Shown: positions 8,050 through 17,108 of the stretch, in pieces
Layout of the letters: every line of letters starts with the position of its first letter
Position numbering within the stretch: the first letter of the stretch is position 1
DNA from: an uncultured Lentisphaeria bacterium
Lineage (GTDB): Bacteria; Fidelibacterota; UBA8477; JABMPR01
DNA length: 33,956 nucleotides
Assembly: GCA_964630195.1 (NCBI GenBank)
Contig: CAZVSF010000005.1
Location: 1-33,956 of the forward strand
Direction: 5' to 3'
The notes under the pieces: generated by a model
The model's database searches: none
Told to the model about the DNA's origin: nothing
Seen by the model: the letters and a program-made list of their open reading frames with translations, nothing else
Position numbers and translations under genes: made by a program

Positions 8050-9210
8050 CTATTTTCTGCCATATTTCATGTGGGCGTCTGTCCAGGTATGTGAGCCGAT
8101 GGCACAGATAAGCGATATCTCCAGTGCCAGGGTCGCGGCAGCAATAATTTCTGCCAGCTTCCTTGAGGCATGATCACCTTCAGCGCAACCCAACAACTCC
8201 AGGTTACGGTTCTGCATTTTCAGTCGTGTGCCGCCACCTATGGTCCCTACGGTGAGGGAGGGCAGGGTCAGTTTGAATTTGATGGCATCGTCCACCTTCT
8301 CCAGACCCAGATGAGCAATACTATTCTCAGCTGCACAGGCCGTATCCTGTCCAGTGGCGAGATAGATTGCTGTGAGTGCATTCGAAACGTGGAGTCCGTT
8401 ACCGTGCGTTCCAGCAAGGGATGATATCGTGGGGAAAAAGCTCCAGGAATCAAAAAGAATATCTGGATCCATTTTCAGGATGCGACGCATCACGCTGTTT
8501 TTTATGGTGGTTTCTGCTGAGACAGCATGTCCGCGACCTAAAAGCATATTTCTGGAAGAAGCCTTTTTATCACTGTTAAAGTTGGATTCCAGAAAATAAT
8601 TCTGATTGGTTTCTTTTTGAATGTATTCGCAGGCGATCTGGGCTGCCAGGGTGACCATATTTTGACCCGCTGCATTGCTGGTGTCCATGACCAGGTCCAG
8701 GACCACATAGTTTTGCATAGTGTATTGATCGATCCTCAACACCTTCCCATGTTTGGTGGTACTCTCTGCCACTGCTATGATCTTCTTTTCATTCTTCTTG
8801 ATCCACTGTTGAAATTCTGCACTCTCATTAATATCGCGTAGGATGAATACTGGAGCACGGGAGAGTTCCTGCCTGAAATGCCTGACGGTGGTGCCCCCGC
8901 TGATGGTGGAGGCATAAATCCCGCGATTCATGGAGGCTGCCAGCGTGCCCTCGAGAGTACAGAGTGGTACTAAAAAATCACCATTTGCATAGGTACCGTG
9001 AACCGTCATGGGTCCCACAACAGCCAGGGGGATTTTCATGGACCCGACATGCTGCTCAATGATCCCTTTTAGATCTTCAACATCATCTTCAAGTGTATCG
9101 TCAATTTCAACACCACTAAATTTTTTGACCCACTCCCTGCGAGCCTGGGAATCCTCTAAAGTGTAGCCGCGTGGAAGAGTGATGTTGCGCCCGTTATTTT
9201 GTTCAGACAT
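8050..9210 (-). CDS. Class I HMG-CoA reductase-like NAD(P)H oxidoreductase (soluble catalytic domain only)
   Basis: Collinear with my recollection of the human HMGR catalytic domain. TLEGTLAASMNRG aligns with TTEGCLVASTNRG, SDKK...GRG with TDKK...GRG, ATGQD with ACGQD, TVGTIGGGT with EIGTVGGGT, and DAHMKYGR with KSHMIHNR. The catalytic E, K, D and H all appear present. The DAMGMN motif is divergent (NAAGQN). Confidence 0.85.
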   Translation of the reverse strand: MSEQNNGRNITLPRGYTLEDSQARREWVKKFSGVEIDDTLEDDVEDLKGIIEQHVGSMKIPLAVVGPMTVHGTYANGDFLVPLCTLEGTLAASMNRGIYASTISGGTTVRHFRQELSRAPVFILRDINESAEFQQWIKKNEKKIIAVAESTTKHGKVLRIDQYTMQNYVVLDLVMDTSNAAGQNMVTLAAQIACEYIQKETNQNYFLESNFNSDKKASSRNMLLGRGHAVSAETTIKNSVMRRILKMDPDILFDSWSFFPTISSLAGTHGNGLHVSNALTAIYLATGQDTACAAENSIAHLGLEKVDDAIKFKLTLPSLTVGTIGGGTRLKMQNRNLELLGCAEGDHASRKLAEIIAAATLALEISLICAIGSHTWTDAHMKYGRK

Positions 9211-9529
9211 GGTTACCCCATTTATGTATTTTGAATATTAAAGTCTTATCCTGGTAGCGTATATATACTAAAAAAGATGATAAACACAATCACGAAATCA
9301 AATTCTTGAGACCACTTACACAAGGATATTCGGACAAAACAATTCTATAAATTATCCATCAATTTATCAATCCCAATGGAGAAATCCTTTAAATAATAAT
9401 TTCTCGAATAGGGGTCCCGGCGAAAACCGGTGTATCAACCAGCAGCATCACTTCCCATGCGTGATGGTCTTGAATATAAGCTAATGGTTCACACAGAATA
9501 TGAGCACAGAGGATAGTGGAGAACCCAGG

Positions 9530-10774
9530 TTAGTTTTGGTCGGAAGGACCAGAACCTGAAAGTTTGTTAAGTAGAGACCCGGCTTCATCTGGTACCGAAT
9601 TGATCAAACGCTTTACAAACCAGATGAATACACCTGTCAGGAGTAAATTGATCACCAGACTTAATGCTGCCACGGTCATCATGGATCCGCCTATCCCGTA
9701 ACCCAGTGCCAGTACCAGAATACCAGCTCCAACTTCACCGCGGGGCCACATACCGATGGCAAGTGCCAACCTTTCTTTCCAATGGGCTTCCTGACGATAT
9801 ACAAAAGCTGGAAACATTTTACCCAGATTGGATATTATTGTGATCATAATGACGTGAAAGACGATCATACCTGTACTTAGCTGGGGACCAGCAGATTCGA
9901 CAGAAGTACCAAAGACAGCCGGCATATTCAGTCCCACCAGGAAGATGAAAGCAGCAGAGATGATACTGGATGCTTTTTGCTCCGACTCAGTTTCAGGTCC
10001 TTCCAGATGTCCTTCCCGAGCATCATCGACATGAGGGTTGGTGCCTTCAGGTTGTTTCATGATCGTACCCAAAACAAAGGCGGGGAGCAGAATCTCAATA
10101 TGGATGGGGACCTGTTTGTCAATAAATTTGCTGGCCAGGTATACGACTTCTGAAACACTGACAATGAGGACGGCATAGGACATCACCCAGGGCCAGGTGA
10201 CTGGAATTGACCATTTGTGTAGAAATATATAAGCCAGTACTACGAGAGCTAGCATGAGTACTACTACCACACCCATCTGCCAGGCTGCTCCCACCATGAG
10301 GATACTCAGGGGGATCATAAGCAGCACAGTGTCCAGATCATCAAAAATGGCCAGAACTCTTGCTTTACGGAAGACCCAGGTGGCGGATAGCCCTGCGGCT
10401 GCCAACATGGAAAAAAGAACACCAGCCGAAGTCGGGGCTGCAAATCTTGAAATGACCAGAGCCTCCTTCCAATTGTCTCCAGTGAGACTGCCTGACGGAA
10501 CCAGGAAAAAAATAAAGTATAGTGTGACAAAAACCCAGGGGAAGGCTGCAGCGGTCATAGCGACCACATAATCCCAACCATAACTGCGCAGTCTGGTCTT
10601 GTCCAACTCAAATTCATAACCAACGTGGATCATGATAAAGGCGAGTCCAATGAGTGTGAGCACCGAAATCACTTCGGCAAGTTGGGCATAGCTGTTCCCG
10701 ATGAGACCAGGAAGGATTTGCGATCCTGCAAGACCAATGACCAATAAGATCGAAAACATGACTACTTTTTTCAT
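9530..10774 (-). CDS. Cation:proton antiporter (CPA/Na+-H+ exchanger family membrane protein)
   Basis: 414 aa and highly hydrophobic, with about 11-12 TM segments. N-terminal MKKVVMFSILLVIGLAG...EFELDK and general architecture are typical of Na_H_Exchanger family proteins. A central hydrophilic loop is present. The family call is from composition and architecture, not a diagnostic motif. Confidence 0.7.
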   Translation of the reverse strand: MKKVVMFSILLVIGLAGSQILPGLIGNSYAQLAEVISVLTLIGLAFIMIHVGYEFELDKTRLRSYGWDYVVAMTAAAFPWVFVTLYFIFFLVPSGSLTGDNWKEALVISRFAAPTSAGVLFSMLAAAGLSATWVFRKARVLAIFDDLDTVLLMIPLSILMVGAAWQMGVVVVLMLALVVLAYIFLHKWSIPVTWPWVMSYAVLIVSVSEVVYLASKFIDKQVPIHIEILLPAFVLGTIMKQPEGTNPHVDDAREGHLEGPETESEQKASSIISAAFIFLVGLNMPAVFGTSVESAGPQLSTGMIVFHVIMITIISNLGKMFPAFVYRQEAHWKERLALAIGMWPRGEVGAGILVLALGYGIGGSMMTVAALSLVINLLLTGVFIWFVKRLINSVPDEAGSLLNKLSGSGPSDQN

Positions 10775-11194
10775 TTAAATATATCCTTCATCAGATTATT
10801 TCCTTTTTCCACCCTTCACTATAACGCGCAAAACGCTCGTTTACAATTTATTTCTTTTCCCCGGTTTGATCTTTGACGCTATGCTCCATAGATCATGATA
10901 ATTTTCTACATTTGAATGCAAGAGCCAGATAAATTAATGTGCATTCCCACGAGGACAAACTTATCCCATAGGCAATTGATGGGTAGGAAATAATCCGTCA
11001 AACAAGGATTGGATTCAAAGCCTGGTTGATGGCCGTTACGCTGGAGGAGTTTTTGAGCAAATGGGCTGGATCCCACGACCAGAGCCAAGCACTGTCAAAC
11101 CCAGAACTATTTTTCAGCAGGCTGCTCTTATGAAATGTATTGATGGATTTTGATTGATCGATATATTATTTCATATTTTCCATGTGAGCGTTTT

Positions 11195-11569
11195 ATGATA
11201 AAAACATCCTTTGATAAACAGACCGGTATACTCGATTCAACATTTGAATCCGATGTGAGTATAGAAGAAATTATTGACTATATCCGTCAGACCAGGCTGA
11301 ATAAAAGTTATCCCCGATCGCTCAAGATTTTAACCGATGCGACACTGGCCAGGATGGACTTTTCTCCAGCAAACCTCACGACGATCGTTTTCGAAAACAA
11401 CAAGTCACTTGAGCAATACTCCTCTATAACGGACGCCATCGTGTTGCATGGCCGCCGGGAGACAGCTCTGTCACTTTTGTATCAGGAGCTTGCCAATCAC
11501 CCCAAATACCGATTCGAAGTATTCTCCAACAGGGAATCAGCGCTGCAGTGGTTAAGGAGTATTGCTTGA
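11195..11569 (+). CDS. Small hypothetical protein, possibly STAS/SpoIIAA-like fold
   Basis: The ATG at 11195 (MIKTSFDKQTG...) is preferred over the TTG at 11150 in the ORF track. 124 aa. The C-terminal '...FEVFSNRESALQWL' resembles the ends of STAS-like domains. The fold assignment is weak. Confidence 0.5.
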   Translation: MIKTSFDKQTGILDSTFESDVSIEEIIDYIRQTRLNKSYPRSLKILTDATLARMDFSPANLTTIVFENNKSLEQYSSITDAIVLHGRRETALSLLYQELANHPKYRFEVFSNRESALQWLRSIA

Positions 11570-11576
11570 AATCCCA

Positions 11577-11600
11577 GGATTATCAAAGTAGATAATCCTA
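11577..11600 (+). terminator. Perfect 9-bp hairpin just after the small ORF (weak terminator candidate)
   Basis: aggattatc-aaagta-gataatcct lies 8 nt after the stop codon. The downstream sequence is A/T-rich but there is no clean U-tract. Confidence 0.35.
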
Positions 11601-11856
11601 TATTTAATCATGAATAAAAACTATAAACAAGGGACGTATATGTTTATATTCCTGCCATAAAGTGGAATTATTATAGGGGGATTGAATAAAAGTTGAAGAA
11701 CACATATCTTTTCAATTGTCCCATTATCCGGAGCCAACAAATGATTTCTCTGAGATGTGCTCAAATCAGTGTTCTTTTTAAAGTGGTCCAAACCTCTCAA
11801 ACCTGCACACACCACTCCCTTGCCATAAAATTACCGTTTCATTTCAAACTCAAATA

Positions 11857-14133
11857 GTGATATTAACCCCAACAATGACCTCCAACTCGAAAACCAATCT
11901 CTTCAACAAACAGGATCTTTCCATCTATCGGGCGATCCTTGATCAATCTGCTGAGGGGTTCTCTCTATTGGATTCTTCAGGTAGTTTTATAGGTGTGAAT
12001 CAATCTTTTTGCACACTTGCGGGGTACTCAGAATCTGAATTACTCGAGATGAAAATTAAGGATCTGGTTCCACCAAACCAACCACTCAAATTATTTCCAA
12101 AGCTTTTAGAAGGGGGCAGTGGTGAAATTCGCATCGAAATTCTGAGAAAAGATGGCAATCGACTGCATGCTGTGGTCAGGGGCAGTTCCATCACCTATAA
12201 TGATAAAGCCTACTTTATGGGTATTGTCAGTGACATCAGTGCCCAGTATGAAGCAGAACGTTTACTGCAGATCAGTGAAACAAAATATCGATTCCTCTTT
12301 GATGCAGCACCGGAACCCATCGTCATACACGATGGTGAGAAAATTCTCGATCTTAACCAGGCTGCCGTAGATGCCCTCTCTCTTCCCGATAAAAATGAGG
12401 CGATCGGAATTCATCCTTTTGGACTATTGCATCCTGAAGATAGAGCCCTGGCGAATCAAAGACTGGTGGAGCTTGAAAAAAACAAGGGTCAGCGTCTGCC
12501 TACTGAAGAATTTCGAATTGTACTACCAGACAATGAGGAACGCACCGTCCTGGCCTCTCCGACTGCCATTGAATTTAATGGCCGACAAGCTTTCATGGTG
12601 AACTACCATGATATTACTGAGCGTAAGAAGACGCTGGAGGCCCTGAGGAGGAGTGAGCAAAATTACCGCAATGTGGTCCAGGATCAGAGTGAATACATCA
12701 TACGCTATCTTCCAGATGGATCGATCACATTTGTAAATGACAGTTTTTGTCGGGCTTTTGGCACCAGTCTGGAAGAAGCCACCAGCAAGAATGTGACCCA
12801 GGGAAATCTGGAGAGCGAAATCATCAGGATCAAAAAGAAAATTGAAGCGCTTACACCAGAAAATCCTATCGTTTCCGATGAGCATATAACCATTTCCATC
12901 GATGGTGAAGAGGTTTGGCATCACTGGTCAGACCGGGGCATCTTTGACGAAGAGGGGCGTCTCAAGGAAATTCAAGCCGTTGGTCGTGATATTACCACGC
13001 GCAAGCGCATTGAAGAATCATTGCATGCCAGTTCCACCCAGCTTGAGGAAGCCCAAAGATTGGCCAATATTGGATCCTACATTCTGGACATAAACAATGA
13101 TAGTTGGACCGGGGCTGACATCCTCTATGAAATGTTTGGAATTGATGATACAGCTGAACTTAACGTGGCTGCATGGTCGGCGATAGTCCATCCAGACGAG
13201 CGGGATAAAATGACTGCCTATTTTGCATCTCGGGTAGCCAACAGACATAAATTTTTTGATAAAGAATACCGCATTGTGAATAAGAAGGATCTAGGCGTTC
13301 GCTGGGTCCACGGTCTTGGGGAATTCACCTTTGATGAGGAGGGGAACCCTCTCAAAATGATCGGAGTCATCCAGGATATCACCGAGCGCAAGCAAGCCCA
13401 GGAGCAACGTGAGCAAGCCCTTCTGGATGCTCAGACCGCTAATCGGGTAAAAGATCAATTTATCTCCAACATCTCTCATGAGATCAGAACACCCCTGAAC
13501 AGTATTCTGGGATTTTCTGACATTTTAAATACACGCTATAACCATGTAGTTAATCCTGATGATGCCAAGATCTTTGGGTTTATCAATCATGCCAGCCAGC
13601 GCCTGATGCGAACCGTTGATTCAATATTGAATCTCTCTCAGCTGGAGGCAGGGACCATTAAAACTTATCTGCACCAAATTGACCTTGTGAGCATCGCAAA
13701 AACGGTGATTGAAGATTCTCAACAAATTGCAGAGGAAAAAGGTCTCGACCTTGCGCTGAAAACCAAATTTGATCAAGCCATGGTATATGCGGATGAATAT
13801 TGTATGCAGCAGGTCATCACAAATTTGATGGAAAATGCAATCAAATTCACAGTGCAGGGTTGTGTCGAAATTGAAATTGATCGGCAAGGATCACAATTTG
13901 TTCTTTCCGTGATCGACTCGGGTATCGGAATTTCAGAAGATTACCTTAAAAGAATTTATAAGCCCTATTCTCAGGAGAGTGAAGGGTTTACAAAAAATTT
14001 CCAGGGCATCGGTCTGGGCATGGCCCTGACCAAGCGATATGCCGACTTGAATAATGTGGAAATCAAGCTGAAGAGCAGAGCTGGAGATGGTACAACCTTC
14101 ACCCTGATCTTTCCAGAAGGTGAGGGGAATTAA
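11857..14133 (+). CDS. Multi-PAS sensor histidine kinase (module 1, type-A kinase)
   Basis: Four PAS-like units separated by D-I-T-E/T-R-K linkers ([26 protein letters not shown]). H-box [16 protein letters not shown], N-box [10 protein letters not shown], G1 DSGIGI and G2 GIGLGMAL are present. No TM segment, so the protein is cytoplasmic. The start could be the GTG at 11857 or the ATG at 11875. Confidence 0.9.
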   Translation: [758 protein letters not shown]

Positions 14134-14134
14134 A

Positions 14135-14518
14135 GTGCCTGATAGCAGCAGGAGAATATTGATTGTTGAGGATGATCTCTCATCACAGCAATACTACCGA
14201 TTCATATTTGAAAAAAAATATGAGTTTAACATTGTGTCCACCATTGCCCTTGCAAAAAAGGCACTGGAAGAACACACTTATGGAATAGCCCTGGTAGATT
14301 TTTCACTCTCCGCAGGTGAGAATGGTCTGGATCTCATTAGATTCATTGCTTCTGAGTATGGCGGACACCCACTAGCTATTGCGCTTACGGCCCATGCATT
14401 TCCCCATAACAAAGAGGACGCATTGAAAGCTGGTGCTGTAGAATTTCTGACCAAACCCATCATGAGTCGTGATTTGCTGGCCACAGTTGAGAAGTATCTG
14501 GGAGATAGTTCCCAATAA
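14135..14518 (+). CDS. Single-domain response regulator (receiver only; module 1)
   Basis: ILIVEDD acidic pocket, phospho-acceptor D in ALVDFSL, T in ALTAH and K in LTKP. The GTG at 14135 lies directly after the kinase's TAA and has a GGTGAGGGG RBS. It is preferred over 14120 by analogy with the paralog at 27422. Confidence 0.85.
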   Translation: MPDSSRRILIVEDDLSSQQYYRFIFEKKYEFNIVSTIALAKKALEEHTYGIALVDFSLSAGENGLDLIRFIASEYGGHPLAIALTAHAFPHNKEDALKAGAVEFLTKPIMSRDLLATVEKYLGDSSQ

Positions 14519-14867
14519 TATTCAACTAAATTGCCTTGTAAAAGAATGCCTGTACACTGCTCCGGTTGATAAATTTTCAATAATAATATCCAGATTTAAC
14601 CCTTTCCAAGGGACAGCTAACTTGACCTCATGGAGAAGTAATAAAAATATTACAGAACGATTTAACTGTCATATATAAGTTACGCCCCTGAACATCACTT
14701 CACAAAATAATAAATCATAAATACAATATTATCATATAGATATAACTTTCATCATTAATGGCACATCATTTGACGTTATGATACGATAAGAATCAGATGG
14801 GTTCAACATCACCAACACCCCTATTGTTTTCTGTTACGATGATACCAATGAGGAAGGATTCTGCCAG

Positions 14868-16328
14868 ATGAAAAAAGTTATAAAACCCAATAGAGATGCC
14901 CTGGAATTTCTTCCGGGTGCCTTGATCGAAATTGACATTTCGCAAGAGACATTGACATATATGAACCAACTGGCCCAGAATCTATTCGGGATTCATCCAG
15001 AGCAGATTGAGGCTGGGTTGCCCATGCTCGATATTTTTCTGAATGAAGCAGAATATAGCAGGGCTAAAGAATTGGCCGCGTCCTTTGCTCTGGAAAGCTA
15101 CTCCAGCAATACTCCATATATTCGTCACAAAGAACAAAATTTACAAGATTTTTGGTTTAAAAAGGCAGATGGGACAAGTTTTTTTGGTGCGACTCAGGGG
15201 TCCTTTGTGCTGGATGATAACCAAGTTCCTGTCGGGATGATTCTTTATATCCGCGATCTCACCGAGCAGAAAAATACTGAAAGAGCGCTCCAGGAAAGTG
15301 AAGAGCAATATAGAACCCTGGTTGAATACTCCAGTGATTTAATTTTTCTCATCAATGAATCAGAAGAAGTGTTGTCTGTGAATAAAGCTGCGGCGAAATC
15401 GATTGGTCGAGACCCGCAAGAAATACAAGGTCAAAAAATTAGCTCTCTTTTTTCACCCAAGATCGCCAATATATACAGCGCCAGTCTGCATAAGGTCTTT
15501 CTTACAGGTGAAGCAGCCAGTTACGAATCAACCTTGATGAGCAGGAACAAAAAGATATGGATCGATACGATGTTGCAGCCTATAAAGCATGCCGATGGTA
15601 AGGTATCGGCCGTGCTTGGTGTGAGCAGGGATATTACAGCTCGGAAAGAGGCTGAGATCAAGATCGAGGAATCAGATCGTTTGCGTGAACTCCTCCTGGA
15701 TGTGGTAACCCATGACCTCAAAACCCCGGCCAGTGTTATCTATGGCTTGTCTGATATGGCACGTGAATATTTACCGGAGGATGAGGTCATAGAGAGTATC
15801 TATTTAAGCAGTGAGCGCTTAATTGGTGTTCTCGAAAATACATCAGTTCTAAGCAGAGCGGTTTTTGGTGAAGAGATCCCAAAAACTGAACTATCCCTGA
15901 AAGAGATGATCCAGAACATAGGAACTGAATTTGCCTCTCAACTGGACAATGCTGGGATGGTTCTGGAGATGCGGGTGCCAGAGCAGATTGTGATCAAAGC
16001 CAACCCCCTGGTCGGCGAAGTATTTAAAAATTATATCAGCAATGCAATTAAGTACGGCAAAGATGGAAAAAAAATTGTCGTGGAAGCACTGGAAGAGAAT
16101 AAGTCGGTGATTGTGGGTGTAAAAGATTTTGGAAGAACCATTCCCGTGGAGAAGCGCAAGCTTATATTCGAACGTGGGTCACAGCTTGCCAAATCCAAAA
16201 AACAAGGTCGTGGTCTGGCTATTGTCAAACGTATTGCCAGGGCACATGGGGCTGATGTTGGAATTGAAGCCAACAATCCACAGGGAAATATATTCTACCT
16301 GCGCCTGAATCAGGATCAAACAGGTTAG
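14868..16328 (+). CDS. PAS sensor histidine kinase (module 1, type-B kinase)
   Basis: Two or three PAS units (RDLTEQK and SRDITARK linkers). H-box VTHDLKTPASVI, N-box NYISNAIKYG, G1 VKDFG and G2 GRGLAIVKR are present. RBS gaggaagg lies upstream. Confidence 0.9.
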   Translation: MKKVIKPNRDALEFLPGALIEIDISQETLTYMNQLAQNLFGIHPEQIEAGLPMLDIFLNEAEYSRAKELAASFALESYSSNTPYIRHKEQNLQDFWFKKADGTSFFGATQGSFVLDDNQVPVGMILYIRDLTEQKNTERALQESEEQYRTLVEYSSDLIFLINESEEVLSVNKAAAKSIGRDPQEIQGQKISSLFSPKIANIYSASLHKVFLTGEAASYESTLMSRNKKIWIDTMLQPIKHADGKVSAVLGVSRDITARKEAEIKIEESDRLRELLLDVVTHDLKTPASVIYGLSDMAREYLPEDEVIESIYLSSERLIGVLENTSVLSRAVFGEEIPKTELSLKEMIQNIGTEFASQLDNAGMVLEMRVPEQIVIKANPLVGEVFKNYISNAIKYGKDGKKIVVEALEENKSVIVGVKDFGRTIPVEKRKLIFERGSQLAKSKKQGRGLAIVKRIARAHGADVGIEANNPQGNIFYLRLNQDQTG

Positions 16329-16357
16329 AGAACGAATCAGTATCGGAAGGTTATAAG

Positions 16358-17086
16358 ATGCCAGAGCCAATCAATGTTCTTGTGGTGGAAGATGATCCTC
16401 AAATGGTCAAATATGTTGGGTTTAAACTGAATTCACTTGGCTACCATGTTGCTGGAGAAGCAGCTACCGAATCCAGCGCTGTTGAACAGGCCAGGAATCT
16501 CCGCCCTGATCTCATTCTTATGGATATTATGCTTGAGGACAGTGGGGATGGCATTGATGCGGCTAACAAGATTCTATCTTTTTATGATGTGCCCATTGTG
16601 TACTTGACTGCTCATGAAGATGAAGTCATGTTTCAGCGGGCTAAAAGCACTAGGCCCTTCGGGTACCTGGTCAAACCATTTAACGATCGTGATCTCGATC
16701 TGGTCATCGATAGTGCCACATACAGACAAAGGCAGAACGCGAAGCTGGCCCGTTCTCTGGAAGATGCACGCAACATCATCAACAGCTCATTTGTGCTGAT
16801 CATAACTTTGAATGCCGATGATATAATTATTGAGTTTAATCCTGCAGCCGAGTGGGAGCTGGGCTACACACATGGAGAGGTGTTGGGAAAACACATCTCC
16901 AACTTTTTAGCGAAGCCAGCCGACCTTGAAGTGATCAAAAAAACACTATCCGGGGGTAAGGCCAGAAGTCAGCTGGAACTAGAGTTCCGCCATAAAAATG
17001 GAACAAAAATCGGTTGTTTACTGTCCCTTTCTCCGCTAAAAAACTCCCATGAAGATCTCAGTGGTATCCTCATGATTTCAAACTAA
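16358..17086 (+). CDS. Response regulator with C-terminal PAS domain (REC-PAS; module 1)
   Basis: VLVVEDD, LILMDIML, VYLTAH and LVKP receiver signature, followed by a ~105-aa PAS fold (IITLNADDIIIEFNPAAEWELGY...). No DNA-binding or enzymatic output domain. Confidence 0.9.
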   Translation: MPEPINVLVVEDDPQMVKYVGFKLNSLGYHVAGEAATESSAVEQARNLRPDLILMDIMLEDSGDGIDAANKILSFYDVPIVYLTAHEDEVMFQRAKSTRPFGYLVKPFNDRDLDLVIDSATYRQRQNAKLARSLEDARNIINSSFVLIITLNADDIIIEFNPAAEWELGYTHGEVLGKHISNFLAKPADLEVIKKTLSGGKARSQLELEFRHKNGTKIGCLLSLSPLKNSHEDLSGILMISN

Positions 17087-17108
17087 AGCCGGATCAACCC
17101 TCCCGGAA

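Noticed and set aside
8050-9210. The HMGR-like gene as evidence for a mevalonate pathway cluster
   Set aside because: No HMG-CoA synthase, mevalonate kinase, phosphomevalonate kinase/decarboxylase or IPP isomerase gene lies in the window. Its operon partners are glycerolipid and ether-lipid enzymes. A genuine HMGR role elsewhere in metabolism is not excluded.
11150-11194. A TTG start for the small ORF upstream of the first kinase
   Set aside because: TTG with no RBS would add 15 residues of odd composition (MIDRYIISYFPCERF). The ATG at 11195 gives a plausible N-terminus.
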